DNA of 64,000 bases, taken from positions 90,396,001-90,460,000 of the forward strand of contig OX597819.1 of NCBI GenBank assembly GCA_951406725.2, in the 5' to 3' direction. Position 1 is the first letter of the stretch. Each line of letters begins with the position of its first letter. Below are positions 1 through 13,149 of this stretch, one piece after another. The stretch is from Octopus vulgaris. Taxonomy: Eukaryota. A model generated the notes under the pieces. That model was not told the DNA's origin, did not search any database, and saw nothing but the letters and a program-made list of their open reading frames with translations. The translations under genes and the position numbers were made by a program.

Positions 1-47
1 TATGTACGTACATATGTATGTATATGTATGTCTTTATGCATGTATGT

Positions 48-91
<44 letters not shown>

Positions 92-275
92 TGTAGACCA
101 AGTAGAAAGATGAATTTTATTCAACGCATAGATACTGAACAGTATATATATAAAGGATAAAATCCTTATATATATATATATATATACATATATGCACACA
201 CACATATATATGCATATATATATATATACACACATACATATATATATATATATGTGTGTTTGTGTGTGTGTGTGA
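1..275. repeat. (TA)n/(CA)n/(TG)n microsatellite
   Basis: Direct inspection. Confidence 0.95.
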
Positions 276-299
276 GTGAAAGGAGGATAATGATAAGGA

Positions 300-1330
300 G
301 GAAAAAGAGATCCAGCAAAATAAACACTCTGTGCTTAGGAATGTTAATATTTTCACAGACGAAAGGGGTGGTGCTGACACAGTCTACATCATAATGGCCT
401 TATAATTCTGAAGTGGGATCAGGGAACTGGGGAAATATTCAGAGGTTAACATAGCCAACAAGTTAGTTGGCCTCATTGGGGCCCATTCTTGTGTCCATTG
501 TAACTCCAGTAAACTGTTGATAGGTATACCCCATGAAAGAAAAACTATCAAAGATAAGTAGAGGTTCAAACAGGTAAGGGAGAGTAGAGTTGCTAGGATG
601 AAAAGTGATGCAGAGGTCAGGAAATTGACACAAAGCATAGAGATCCTTATCACGAGAGTTGATGGTATATAAAGAAATGATGTCCATGATGAAAAGAATG
701 CAGAGGTGGGGAAAGTGAAGGAGTTGAAGGGGTCGAAGGCATTGTTGGTGTCAGGGATGTGGGAAGGAAACGCAGACATGAGGGAAGAATAAGGTGTCAA
801 TTTAGGTAAAGATAAGCTCTGTAAGACGATTGCAGACAAAGGTAACTGGGAAGCTAAGGTTGTTGGGTTTGTGTACCTGGGGGGAGAAAAGTAAATGGTG
901 AAAGTGTAAAGTGTACAATTGATGAGGTTAATGGTGGTAGAGGTACGTTGGAGGAAGTGATGTGTTGACAATTGGTGGAGATGCATTGTTGACAGCAGAT
1001 GGTGCCAGAAGGTAGAGGGCAGTTTAAGAGGGTGGTTGTAGACCGGTAAAGCATTTTGATCTTCTGAAAAATTACGGCAGTCTAATGTGCAGCAGCAGGC
1101 CTTAACAAAGCACCCTAGAGTGTTGGTCTGGTATGGGCTTAAGGTTCAGTAGATAGTCAATGGCTCAGATCTACAAAGCAATCAAAATTGTTCAGTGTAG
1201 AAAGAGAGCTGTTGCAAAGTGAGCTCAGTTTCAGGCAGCATAAGAACCGTTCAACTTCAGTTCAGGTTCACAATTCATCACAGGAGATTGTCCACTATAT
1301 GAAACACAGATCCTGACCCAGAAGGATGAT
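300..1330 (-). mobile_element. Degenerate Penelope-like element, RT region
   Basis: MDIISLYT...FDSFSFMGYTYQQFTGVTMDTRMGPNEAN resembles PLE RT motifs (DxxSLYT; YxQxxGxAMGxxMGP); frameshifted; boundaries approximate. Confidence 0.75.
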
Positions 1331-2119
1331 TGGCTAACAAGAAGGGAGGGGATAATAATGGGCATGTGGGCAGGAAGAGAAGGTGATAGAGGTGGGATGA
1401 AGAGGATGAGTGTTGGATGACAATGGTGGTGAGTGTGTGATAGGGGTGGAATGAAAAGGGTATGTGGTGAGTGTAGTGGAATGAGAAGTGAAAGTAAGAT
1501 TGATAGAAGGTGAATGGGAAAGTATGATGGCTGCTGGAGGGCTGGGATGGGGTAACAAGTCGGATCTGCCTACCTTAATGGAAGTGAGGAGGTCAAGACG
1601 TCACTAGTTAAGATGGTGAATGAAGTAGAAGATGGGCTAAGCAAGGTGTGAGTGACAAGTGGAGCAGAGCCATGGAAAGGTCACAGTTAAAGATGCTGAT
1701 TTGAGAAAGGGTGGATTTGAGGATAACATGCATAAGAAGACAGGAAGAGTGAGTGAGGATGGTGTAACTTCAAGGAGGGGTAGTAGGAAGTGGAATGAAA
1801 GTAGGGTTGTTAAACAATGGGTAATGAATCAGAGATGAAAGCAGCAGGCTAGAAAGATGATGTGATTAAGTATTTTGGGAAGGAGATGAGAGAAAATGAG
1901 ACAAGATTTGAAGCAAAAATGTAGGTGATTGGAGAAAAGTTCTGATGTTATGCACACACACACAAACACACACATATGTATGTATAATCTCTTACCTAAA
2001 AAGATAGGTGATGATTGGCAACAGGAAGAGTATCCGGCCACACAAAATCCTGCCTTAAAATCAATTCCCACCCAACCCATGCTAGCATGGAAAAATGGAT
2101 GATAAGCAATTTAACAAAT

Positions 2120-2174
2120 GAATGACATGCACATGCACACACTCATATATTCACACATACACACACTCATATAT

Positions 2175-2207
<33 letters not shown>

Positions 2208-2390
2208 TACACACACACTCATGCACATGCACACACTCATACACACACACTCATGTATACACACACATACATACATACATATATGAATATATGCATATAT
2301 ATGTGTGTGTGTATATATATATACACACATACACACACAGCCACACTTACATACACACACAGAAGTACACATATGTATGCATATGGAATA
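2120..2390. repeat. (CA)n/(TACA)n compound microsatellite
   Basis: Direct inspection. Confidence 0.9.
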
Positions 2391-2869
2391 AAAGTGTATG
2401 TATTTATAATTTAATTCAGTGAGAATCACACACAAACTCATCCAAATCACCTCTACTTCAGAGACGCACATACTTGAACTAAAACAGAATATGTTGCAAG
2501 AGTTTAAGAGATTTACTCTTTTTGGCTTTTTTTCTTTTTTCTCTTTTTTTTTTTTTTTTTACACTTTTTCATTGTATTACAATAACTGCCACAGCTAAAT
2601 ATTATCAATCAAAGGCAGTGAATTATTGTCCATATATGGTTGCAATGGTTTATATTAAAACAAAAAAAAAACAAGGAAACAAATTTAAAAAAACTAAGAA
2701 AAATTTACAAAGAAAAGAATTTAAAAGTAAAGAAAAAATATCTTATTAATTCTTATAATATCATTCTTTGTTCCAAGTTCTTATTCACACTTCTGGCGGC
2801 ATATGATGTTTGTTTTTTCTATTTTTGCTGCACACAGTTTCTTTTTTAATTCCTTTATACAATAAATAC

Positions 2870-2896
<27 letters not shown>

Positions 2897-2900
<4 letters not shown>

Positions 2901-3112
2901 AAGGGTATATATAAAGTTCTTGGCTTTAAGGGCATTGTGAAAGGTCTGGTTAGAGGCCCAAACTTCTGAGTGCTTTACAGGGCTTAGAACTGAACAATTA
3001 CTGCAATAAGTGTGTGAATCTCAGACAGGAATACGTTGAACAAAAATATAATTGATTGGTCCTCCAGTATTTTCTTTTACCCAAAGCCAGGATCTTTTCA
3101 GCACCCCCTCAT
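2897..3112 (+). mobile_element. Mariner-derived MITE, copy 1
   Basis: Ends (..AAAGTTCTTGGCTTT / AAAGCCAGGATCTTTTCAGCACCCCCTCATA) form imperfect TIRs; the interior encodes a mariner C-terminus remnant; homologous to 6392-6602. Confidence 0.7.
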
Positions 3113-3121
3113 ATGTGTATG

Positions 3122-3154
<33 letters not shown>

Positions 3155-3389
3155 ATGTGTGTATGTGTATGTGTATATATATATGTATATATATATGTAT
3201 GTGTATATATATGTATGTATATATGTATGTATGTATATGTATGTATATATATATGTATGTATATATATATATATGTATGTATGTATATGTATGTATGTAC
3301 ATATATATATGTATATATATATACCATTTGTATATGTATATTTATATTTATATATATATATATATAAATATAAATATACATATACAAAT

Positions 3390-3425
<36 letters not shown>

Positions 3426-3434
3426 TACAAATGG

Positions 3435-3468
<34 letters not shown>

Positions 3469-3477
3469 TACAAATGG

Positions 3478-3510
<33 letters not shown>

Positions 3511-3557
3511 TATAAATATACATATACAAATGGTATATATACATATATATATATATA
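3113..3557. repeat. (TA)n/(TATG)n array with an internal palindrome and repeated AAATATACAAATGGT unit
   Basis: Direct inspection. Confidence 0.9.
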
Positions 3558-3894
3558 CCCCACACTGAAGTATTTTCTATTCTTAATAATAATTTATGAT
3601 CTGTAAATGTTTCTTCTTTTTTTTATATTTTTCCAAAATAATTCCTGCACAGGTATTTTCCATAAATGCCTTCCATACACACATACATACACTCATACAC
3701 ACACAAACATATGAATAATTTTATATTTTCCATCAATATTTTCTTCCCATCATATGTATATACTGGATTGATTAGTAGACATTTGAAAATTATTACAATT
3801 GTAAAAAAAATTATAAAAATATTAAAGATTTATAGATATTTTCTTTTAACAAGATCTTGACTTAATCTTTTAACTATGAATATTTTTCACTGTA

Positions 3895-4810
3895 TTGGGT
3901 CATCCCATAAATAATGCAGTATTTTCAATTGCATGAACTAAAAGTCAATGGGGGATAGGATAAACTACCTGCATCAACTCGCTATAAAAGCAGGTAGTAA
4001 TTTTTACTTCTACTTAATCTTTGTGCAAGTTTTGAAGAGTGCAGTTTGATTTTAAAGAGTCTTTTTTTTTCAAAGCTATAATGGAAGTAACAAAGGAGCA
4101 TATTCGGCATATATTTGCTTTACGTGTTTAATAAAGGCAAGTACGAGAAATATTAATGCAGTATGTGGGGATCAGACAAAATGCATAAGCCAGTGCCAAC
4201 AGTGGTTCCAGAAATTCCAAGCAGGAAACTACAGCCTAGAAAACAAACCACATCGTGAAAGATCTGTAGAGCTCAACAAGGACGTCCTGCAAACCTTGGT
4301 GGAACAAAATCCCATTGTAATTGTTGAGGAATTAGCAGAGAAGCTTGGATTTGGTCATTCAACCATTCATCAACATCTGCATGCCATTGGAAATCAACCA
4401 TCTTTGGTTTCAAGACAAAACTTATTCTTCCATCAGTATAATGCTAGGCCACATACAGCAAGGATGACATTCCAAAAGCTGGAGCAGTCTGAATGGAAAA
4501 CAATGCCCCACCCACCATATTCGCCAGACATTGCCCCATCTCATTATCATTTATTCTGCAGTCTGTAAAACCATTTGGGCGGAAAAAATATGAATTCTGT
4601 AGACAAGGTTAGAACAGTACTGGAGGAGTATTTTTCGTCACGGAGAAGTGAATTTTGGAAGAGGAGCCTTGCAAGTCTACCAGATAGCTAGAAGAGCATT
4701 GTAGAAAATGAAAGAGAGTATATTTGAGATTAAAAAAGAACCTTGTTTATCTTAATTTTGAAAAATAAAGAAGTATTAAAAAAAAACACATTATTTATGG
4801 GATGACCTAA
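3895..4810 (+). mobile_element. Internally deleted mariner (DD34D-type) transposon
   Basis: TIRs TTGGGTCATCCCATAAATAATG / CATTATTTATGGGATGACCTAA flanked by TA; ORF remnants ELAEKLGFGHSTI (HTH), QYNARPHT and PHPPYSPDIAPSHYHLF. Confidence 0.9.
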
Positions 4811-4931
4811 TATTTCATTAGTTATTGTCTGTATACATGTGTGTGCTGTGTTGTTTTCTTGCTGTTTAACCCCTGTTCTAATGGAATTGGTTTATGTCGG
4901 TCTTTTGGGGGTTTTTTGCAGGTATGTAAGA

Positions 4932-5140
4932 TTGGTTTCAAATTTTGGCACAAGGCCAGCAATTTTGAAGAGGGTTTAAGTCAATTACATCAACCACAAT
5001 ACTCAACTGGTACTTATTTTATCAACCCCAAAAGTATGAAAGTCAAAGTCGACCTCACCAGCATTTGAACCCAGAACAGATGGACAAAATACCATTAAGC
5101 ATTTTGCCTGACATGCTAATAATTCTGCCAGCTCACTGCC
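4932..5140 (-). mobile_element. tRNA-derived SINE (short-tail variant)
   Basis: Shares GTACTTATTTTATCAACCCC..AAAGTCGACC core and CTGCCAGCTC head with other copies. Confidence 0.75.
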
Positions 5141-5176
5141 GTAAAGAGGATATGTGAGATTACATTATTTAATATC

Positions 5177-5407
5177 TGTTTCTTTATTACCCACAAGGGG
5201 CTAAACATAGAGGGGACAAACAAGGACAGACAAACGGATTGAGTCGATTACATCGACCCCAGTGTGTAACTGGTACTTAATTTATCGACCCCGAAAGGAT
5301 GAAAGGTAAAGTCGACCTCGGCGGAATTTGAACTCAGAAAGTAACGGCAGACGAAATACGGCTACGCATTTTGCCCGGCATGCTAACGGTTCTGCCAGCT
5401 CGACGAC
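5177..5407 (-). mobile_element. tRNA-derived SINE, young copy
   Basis: 12-bp TSD TTATTTAATATC (5165-5176 / 5408-5419); close reverse complement of 5679-5911. Confidence 0.9.
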
Positions 5408-5678
5408 TTATTTAATATCACACATTATCTAATATCACCAGTGTAATGATTTGGTTGGCTTGAGTGGTAGATGCTAGAACACAAAATCCTTTTAAATACA
5501 AAAATATTGTTAAAACATGAACAAGATAATGCATTATAGTAATAAACAATAGAAAAGAATGTTTACACCAGTTTGTGATGTTTTGCATATCAAGAAAAAT
5601 ACCGTAGTTATCATGATGCAACTCTAGCAACTAGGTGGTTGAAGCTGTACTGTCAGTGGTAATATTGCTGTCATCATC

Positions 5679-5911
5679 AAAGGCGGCGAGCTGGCAGAAA
5701 CGTTAGCACGCCGGACGAAATGCATAGCCGTATTTCGTCTGCCGTTACGTTCTGAGTTCAAATTCCGCCGAGGTCGACTTTGCCTTTTATCCTTTCAGAG
5801 TCAATAAATTAAGTACCAGGTACGCACTGGGGTCGATATAATCGACTTAATCCGTTTGTCTGTCCTTGTTTGTCCCCTCTGTGTGTAACCCCTTGTGGGC
5901 AGTAAAGAAAT
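5679..5911 (+). mobile_element. tRNA-derived SINE, young copy
   Basis: GGCGGCGAGCTGGCAGAA head, GAGTTCAAATTCC B-box; TSD ATATTGCTGT(C/T)ATCAT. Confidence 0.9.
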
Positions 5912-6391
5912 ATATTGCTGTTATCATTATCATCATCATCCATTGGTCTTGACTGCTACAATCACACTTGAAGAAGACTGGCTCAAAGCAAGTGCCTCTA
6001 CTCTCTTATGGAAATTACTAGTTTACAGAAAAACAGAGCTATTTCTAAAACAAGAACAGTGCCAAAAGATGGAATTGTCAATGAGATCCTGTTCTACAAA
6101 AGATCTTTAGTGGCCAATGCTTTCTCACTTCATCAATAATTGAACTAATCGCATTTGTGTTGTTTAGTTGTTTCTGCACAAGATACAGTGATCTAACTTT
6201 TATTTCTAGGTGTTTTGGGACTGCCAAATATTCCTACTGCATCTCTATCTTTAATTTTAAATGGTAGGGTACGGGATTTAAGAGAAAATTTTAAGTAGGC
6301 CAAATGGCCACAAAGAGGCTCCCTTAGCTCTTGTGTGCATGCAAATAAAATGTGTAATATTTATTATACTTAAGTGTGTGTCTCTGTTATA

Positions 6392-6602
6392 TACAAGGGG
6401 GTACTGAAAAATACCTGGCTTTAAGGGTATTGTGAAAGGCCTGGTTGCAGGCCCAAACTTTCAAATTCTTTTACAGGGCTTAGAAAAACTGCTGCAATAA
6501 ATGTGAATCTGAGAGGGGAATATGTTGAATAAAATCCTAATTAACTGATTCTCCTGTATTTTCCTCTAACTCACAACCTGGAACTTTTCAGCACCCACTA
6601 GT
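6392..6602 (+). mobile_element. Mariner-derived MITE, copy 2
   Basis: TACAAGGGGGTACTGAAAA ... TTTTCAGCACCCACTAGTG; interior resembles the mariner C-terminus (..NLRGEYVE*). Confidence 0.7.
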
Positions 6603-6606
6603 GTGT

Positions 6607-6895
6607 GAAGGTGCATGTCTCAGTGGTTAGGGTGTTGCACTCATGATTACAAGATTGTGGGCTTGATTACCAGACCAGCAATGCATTGTGTTTTTAAACA
6701 AAACACTTCCTTTCACATTGCTCCAGTCCAGCCCATGCAAAGGCAAAGGCTAATACAGTTTGGCACCAGTGATATTGCAACTCATTGCTACAGCTGAGTG
6801 AACTGGAGTAACGTGAAATAAAGTGTCTTGCTCAAGAACACAACACAGCCCAGTCCAGGAATTGAATTGACAACTTCATGATTGAAAGCCTGACT
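6607..6895. mobile_element. Two truncated tRNA-derived SINEs (CTTGAGCAAGACACTT-core family) in opposite orientation
   Basis: + copy head CAGTGGTTAGGGTG at about 6620; - copy AAGTGTCTTGCTCAAGAACACAAC at about 6820. Confidence 0.65.
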
Positions 6896-6989
6896 TGTGA
6901 AGTTCTAAATAGAATATTAGCATTAACAAAAGTCGCTGTGACAAAAAACAGGAAAAATGATTACACCAAGTACATCAATCCATGTGAGA

Positions 6990-7058
6990 GTTGTATCTGT
7001 GAGAGATGTGTCTGGAAGAGATGTGTCTGGGAGAGATGTGTCTTGGGGAGATGTGTGT
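6990..7058. repeat. 15-bp tandem repeat (GAGAGATGTGTCTGG), about 4 copies
   Basis: Direct inspection. Confidence 0.8.
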
Positions 7059-7591
7059 GTTAGTACTGATAGTGGATTGTAAAAGCCATTGAATTTTGTA
7101 GCATAATTTCCTGCAGTTTGTTGGCTTTAGCTGTGTCACAACTACTGGTCTGTTACCAGACAACCATCCTTATATTTCTGACAGTCTGTCACAGAAAAGG
7201 CACCAAAGACAAAATCATTAATAAGATTTCTATACATTATTTATCCTAAAATTATTGTTTATGACAACTGAGATTTTAATAAGTCTATTGTATTTTCACT
7301 GATAAACCCCAGTTACTGATAAAAACAAGTTTTTAATATATTTGTAAGAGACTTGTATGGCTAGCTGCTTGCCAATGTCATCAGTCCCCAACAAAATCCC
7401 GTTTTGGTGTTTAGTTATTTTTACATCTGAGCACAGTGATTTGGGTTCAATTCCTAAGCAATGAGTTTGGGATTCTACCAATATTCCTGCTACACATGGA
7501 TACGTATGTAATTCAGTGAACACATCAACCATATTTAAAGTATATTGAATTCTGAAAAATTATGCTATTAACACATTATATCAAAACATGT

Positions 7592-7840
7592 GAAGGCACA
7601 TGGCTTAATGGTTAGGGCATTGCACTCATGATCATAAAATTGTAGTCTCAATTCCTGAACCAGGTGGCACATTGTGTTCTTGAGCAAAACACTACATTTG
7701 ATGCTGCTACAGTTCACTCATCTGGCAAAAATGAGTAACCATGTGACAGATTGGCATCCTATCCAGGAGGAATATATCACTACAGAATCTGGGAAACTGG
7801 CCTTATGAGCCTATAGCTCATGAAGGTCCTTTGGTCCTTC
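7592..7840 (+). mobile_element. tRNA-derived SINE (CTTGAGCAA-core family)
   Basis: TGGCTTAATGGTTAGGG head and GTTCTTGAGCAAAACAC core; related copies at about 21160-21395 (-), 43505-43800 (+) and 53960-54215 (-). Confidence 0.7.
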
Positions 7841-8727
7841 CTGATGCCAAAATATATTCACATATTTTTCTATGAAATATAAATCAAATATCACAATCAA
7901 CAATTGTTAATATTTTTATTTAAACATATATTAAAGCAACAAATGAATTTTTTATATCTTCTTTTTTTTTATATTATTAATTCTAAATCTACTTCACATT
8001 ATCATAATTCACTTTCTCTGTTAGAAAATGTATTTTAAAATAAATATATTTCCTACGGGGACTTAAAATAATTTTAAAGAAAACTAATAACTGTTATCCA
8101 TATTTCTTTTTCATATTTGGTGCAATGTGGCAAAATTGAGGCTCTTTTATTTCATAAAAATGTGTTATGTGTATATGAATGTGAAGTCATTATCTTTTTC
8201 TCTTTTTTTACCAAAATGGATAAAATTAGCTTTTTAATGATTTTTTTCAATATTTCTGAAATAAAACACTCTGCTTCTAAACATTTTGAAAACATTCTCT
8301 AAATATAAATATAAATAATAAATAAATAAATTTCATTTTATTGAATAAAAATTCCTGGATATCAACTCCATCATTTCTAAATCTACATGAATATTTTTTT
8401 GCCAAAAACAATTACAAACTTACAACAGCACCAAAATTGTTCCCTTTTTTTATCATCTAAATATTTTTTTTTCCAAAGGCATTAGAGATATTTGCAGAAA
8501 TGCAAACAAATTCAAAATAAATATATTTCATTTCACTATATATTTCTTCTGGTTGGAAATATCCCTATAATCTGAAGCTTTTTCTGAAATATTCCAATAA
8601 TAGTTTTCTAAAAAAAGACTTACAATTCCCAAATGTATTCTTGTAACAAATCATTTTAAATGCTAATAAAAAGCACACACAATTTCAGTATAAATATGTG
8701 CTTGTCTGTGTGTGTGTGTGTGTGTAA

Positions 8728-8790
<63 letters not shown>

Positions 8791-8879
8791 TTCAAGCATA
8801 TATATACATGTATGTACATACATAAACATATATTAATTTTTGATATATATATGATATATATATACACATACGTTCATAC

Positions 8880-9253
8880 ATTTTTACTCTCTTACTTGTT
8901 TCAGTCATTTGACTGCGGCCATGCTGGAGCACCGCCTTTAATTGAACAACTCGACCCTGGGACTTATTCTTTGTAAGCCCAGTACTTATTCTATCGGTCT
9001 CTTTTTGCCAAACCGCTAAGTGACGGGGACGTAAACACACCAGCATCGGTTGTCAAGCAATGCTATGGGGGACAAACACAGGCACACACACACACATACA
9101 TACATATATATACATATATACGACAGGCTTCTTTCAGTTTCCGTCTACCAAATCCACTCATAAGGCACCGGGGCTATAGAAGAAGACACTTGCCCAAGAT
9201 GCCATGCAGTGGGACTGAACCCAGCTACTTACCACACAGCCACTCCTGCGCCT
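8880..9253 (-). mobile_element. tRNA-derived SINE with internal (CA)n/(TA)n
   Basis: Tail TTTTACTTGTTTCAGTCATTTGACTGCGGCCATGCTGGAGCACC and core GACACTTGCCCAAG; related pieces at 23727-23860 (+), 33950-34060, 34285-34355 and 59520-59840 (-). Confidence 0.8.
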
Positions 9254-9302
9254 ATATATACATTTATATATATATATATATATATATAGTATATATACAT
9301 AC

Positions 9303-9344
<42 letters not shown>

Positions 9345-9396
9345 AACATACACATACATGTATATATATATGCACACATGATCACATAGGCATTAT

Positions 9397-9440
<44 letters not shown>

Positions 9441-9587
9441 CCACATACAATATAGACAAATGAAGGGATATGAAATACGATACAAGAGAAATTCTACATT
9501 TATGAAAATTATGTTTCTTTCAATAGAAGAGTAAAGAAATGCCTTATGACATATGCAACCAACTCCAATTGAGAAAGAGAAGAAATA

Positions 9588-9805
9588 TTGGTTTCAAACT
9601 TTAGCACAAGGCCAGTAATTTCAGGGAAAGGGAAAGTCGATGATATCAACCCCAGTGTACACCTAGTATTTTTATTTTATTGAGCCCGAAAGGATGAAAG
9701 GCAAAAATCAACCTTGGTAGAATTTGAATTCAGAATGTAAAGATGGACAAAATGCTGCCAAGCATTTTACCAAGCATGCTAACGATTCTGTCAGCTTGCC
9801 GTCTT
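9588..9805 (-). mobile_element. tRNA-derived SINE (short-tail variant)
   Basis: Similar to 4932-5140 and 48590-48800. Confidence 0.7.
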
Positions 9806-9974
9806 AAAGGGAGGAAATATTAACTCCAAAAATGACAGACTATAAAAGAGAAGAAGCATTCTGATTATCTGGATGTATGAGGACACCTATGGGCATGTGT
9901 TTCTAACTTAACAGTCATCATCAGCACAGTAGTTATCATACCATAACTCCTGTAGATGAAATATTAAACAAGCA

Positions 9975-10078
9975 TAAATACATACGTACATACATACATA
10001 CATACATACATACATACATACATACACAAATGCATGCATATATATATGCATACATACATGCATACATACATACATACA

Positions 10079-10108
<30 letters not shown>
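9975..10108. repeat. (TACA)n microsatellite
   Basis: Direct inspection. Confidence 0.95.
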
Positions 10109-10109
<1 letters not shown>

Positions 10110-10328
10110 CCACCTTAACATGGATGTCTAGTTAGAACATTGAATACTGCACCCTTGAGAGGTCCTCTCCTATAGGCACATGGTGTATAAAAGCACACAC
10201 CTAAATTATAGCAAATGAGGTCTGTCTGATGTGGGCGATGGAACTTTCAGATCATGTGATTTCAGTCTACTGGACTTCCTCAGTTACAGGCATCCAGTCA
10301 CTACAAACCAGCCAAATCTCACTGCCTT

Positions 10329-10472
10329 GCAGGGCTGACTCAAGATACCGGCAACTCAGGCAGTTGCCCAAGGTGCCATGAACTTTTTAGTCTACTTTTT
10401 AATCTACATTTTAAAAATTATACTTGTAAGGGCGCCAAAGTTCAGGGCACCAGCAACCCTAGGGCTGCCATG
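10329..10472. mobile_element. hAT-like MITE (degenerate)
   Basis: CAGGGCTGAC...GCCCAAGGTGCC and CAGGGCACCAGCAACCCTAGGGCTGCCATG ends resemble CAGGGCCGGC-type TIRs. Confidence 0.5.
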
Positions 10473-10699
10473 ATATAGGGTATTTCAGTGTCTATTCAGT
10501 CACTGATGTCACAAATAACCAGCAGGCTTATTAAAATATAATTATTAGTAATGGAAGCAGTGTTAGTACCAAAAAGCAATCTTTATAACTAACTTAACAT
10601 TGGTGTCTTGTTAAAACATCAAATACTACTTTATTAGCCTTGGTGCATATAAGTGTACACATAAATTGTAGCAGATGAGAATCATCAGACATGGGCACC

Positions 10700-11140
10700 A
10701 GAACTAATCCAGGTGATGAAAGGTTAAACTATGATAGAGGGACATAAACAAGTGTTTTGCTGTAGAGAAGATATATGGCTAACCCAGTCAGAGAGAGAGT
10801 TAGAAAAGATGGTGTTGTTGTGCCAGGGTGTACCATCAAAGTACAAGGAAGTGAATGTAAATGGAATGGTACAGAGAATTAGACAGAGTGAGTGAGCAAT
10901 GAGTTCACAAGAGTGCAAAGGGTGAGAGGGGAGGAGAAGGAGAACACAGTGAATGGTGAACATAGGAGAGCAATGATACAGTTGGCAGTGGGAAGGACAG
11001 GAGAGAGAGAGATGACAAATTGGTATTGGGCTGCAGGAACAGGGGTGGAGAGATATGTATATGCAGGAAGAGATGTAGTTAGGTTTATATACAGGAACCT
11101 AATTTTTTTGAGGTCAGTTGCATGAATTTAGAAAAAGATG
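10700..11140 (-). mobile_element. Highly decayed Penelope-like C-terminal (GIY-YIG region) fragment
   Basis: Purine-rich + strand like 300-1900; weak Cys-pattern and LYF/IG remnants. Confidence 0.3.
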
Positions 11141-11149
11141 CATTGCTCA

Positions 11150-12780
11150 TCAAAGAAAAGCTATATTTGAAAACAAATTGATACAAATAATCTTGAGAAT
11201 CCTTTTATCACACCAATTCAATGAATCCACCCCAAGCATCAATGGCTGCTTCAATACAGGGGTTAAAGTGTAAACATGCCTGAATCTAATGACCTTTATC
11301 AATTTTGGACAGAGTGCCAATTGCAGTAGATTTGAGAGATTGTATAGTGTTATGAGGGCAATGACCCAGGAATGAAATTTGCTTAGAGAGTGCAAACTCA
11401 GGTCCAAAATTTTTTACAAACAAAGCTGATTTGTTTTCAATCTTAATGTCAAAACAAACACAGGTATAATAATATTTTTTATAATTATACATGGAAAAGT
11501 AATATTTGAAATCATTCCAAAAAATGTTCTATTTTGTTTTGGTGATGAAGTTTTTTCAAAGTGTTTTCATTGCACAAGTTTTTATGCACATGCATTATAG
11601 TACAGTGTATCAAACGATGTTGCATCATTGTGGTACGGAGTCTTCAAACAACAAAGTGTGCTGAACATTCTCTCGCTTGATGCAACAGACGCCTGCTTGC
11701 ATCATGATGACATTTTCATCACAAAAGCTTCACCATTGCTCTTTCAGAAGAATGGTGCATTGGTGAGTGAAGTTCAATGCATCAGTGGCCATGGCAACCA
11801 TTCATCCAACTTCTTGGAGGACAAGGTCCAGAGAGTGGTTTCCACACTGAACAAAATATGTACCAGGAAACATGTCTTTAGTTTCTTTTGTATGCCTGAA
11901 ATGTTCCTGATCATGGTACATGTGCCATGAAAGGCAAAAGTAACACAATGTTGACTCCAGCTCAATGTTTAGGCAACAAAAAACATCCAGAATAACCTTA
12001 GTTGGTGTCTCCAAAGTCTAGTCAAGAGAAAATCTTCATGGACATCCTGGTTTTCAGAAACATAACAACAATAATTGATTCTTGTTTCATGTCACAACAA
12101 TCACATATAGTACCAATAAACATAGAATCTTCAAACTTTTATCTGATCTCATGTAGGGTGTTATGAGCATATGCCTCTAAGATTACATTTTGTATGGTAT
12201 CCGATAGGAAAATGACTCATTATTTAAGCTGCTGGCTTACTTCTGCACCACATTTTCACCAAGTTCTTTTATGAGATTTACAACGTTTCCTGTGACATGT
12301 ATTAATTTTCTATTCAAAGATGGAACTAGTAACTTCTTTTATCTTTTTCTAACTTTATCTTTTATCTTTTTCCTACAACAATGGAACTGTGTTCTTCTAT
12401 TATCTTTTACTAAGGATTTCCGTAATTCTCTGATCATGCCAGTGATAACCACTATTATCTTTCACTAAGTATATTCTTTAATTCTTCAATGAACTGGTAA
12501 CTACTAATATCCTTTATTAAAGATATTCCTTAATTCTTTCTTTCCAAAGACAGTATAGTTGGCTTACAGCCAAGTCCACTGTTAGGAGTGCTCCACTGCT
12601 TTCTTTTGGCCAGACAGGGCAGGCAATTTTCTTCTGCCTGGTGGTTATGATATAAGAAGTAGTCCTCTTCGAGCAAGTTCTCATTGACTTTTTCAAGCTC
12701 CACTTGAAAAGTGTTGGTTAGAGAGGGAAGTACTGCTCCCCAGTAATTTTGCTGAAAAGTGAGTGAATGTAGCAAAGATG
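11150..12780 (-). mobile_element. Decayed hAT transposase (ZMYM1-like type)
   Basis: Remnants QDVHEDFL, KVILDVFCCLNI and DMFPGTYFVQCGNHSLDLVLQE (CxxH motif); many stops and frameshifts; ends approximate. Confidence 0.7.
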
Positions 12781-13149
12781 TCCTATGTGAATGGGTCTAC
12801 TCTGAGCATGTACCTATAGGCTGAAAGAAATTAAGAAGAGACAGGTGCCTGCATGAAGTGACCTTGGTGGCCAGGGTGTTCAGAATGTGCAAGATTCTTT
12901 GGTTGGCCTTAGGTGGAGTTTTTGAGGATTTTTTATTGTTTAATATTTTATTGTTAATTGCTATTGTTTTACTGTTTACACATGCTACATGTAAATCTCC
13001 CACTGTCCTTTGTTTTGTATCATCCTTTTTGTTTTGTGTGTAGCTCTTGTGGCCAATATAAAAAGATTCATTACTATTGTTGCTAAAAAGGTAGTGAGCT
13101 GGCAGAATTATTAGCATACCAGATGAAATGCTTAGAGACATTTCACTGC

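Noticed and set aside
3021-3565. Many overlapping Y/I/M/C-rich ORFs (also at 117, 2118, 8685 and 9908)
   Set aside because: They are translations of TA/CA/TG microsatellites, not genes.
4296-4568. SETMAR-like host gene
   Set aside because: Bounded by TIRs and TA, internally deleted, catalytic Asp residues altered, and no SET domain.
11150-12780. Domesticated ZMYM1/ZBED-like gene
   Set aside because: Multiple stops and frameshifts indicate a dead hAT copy.
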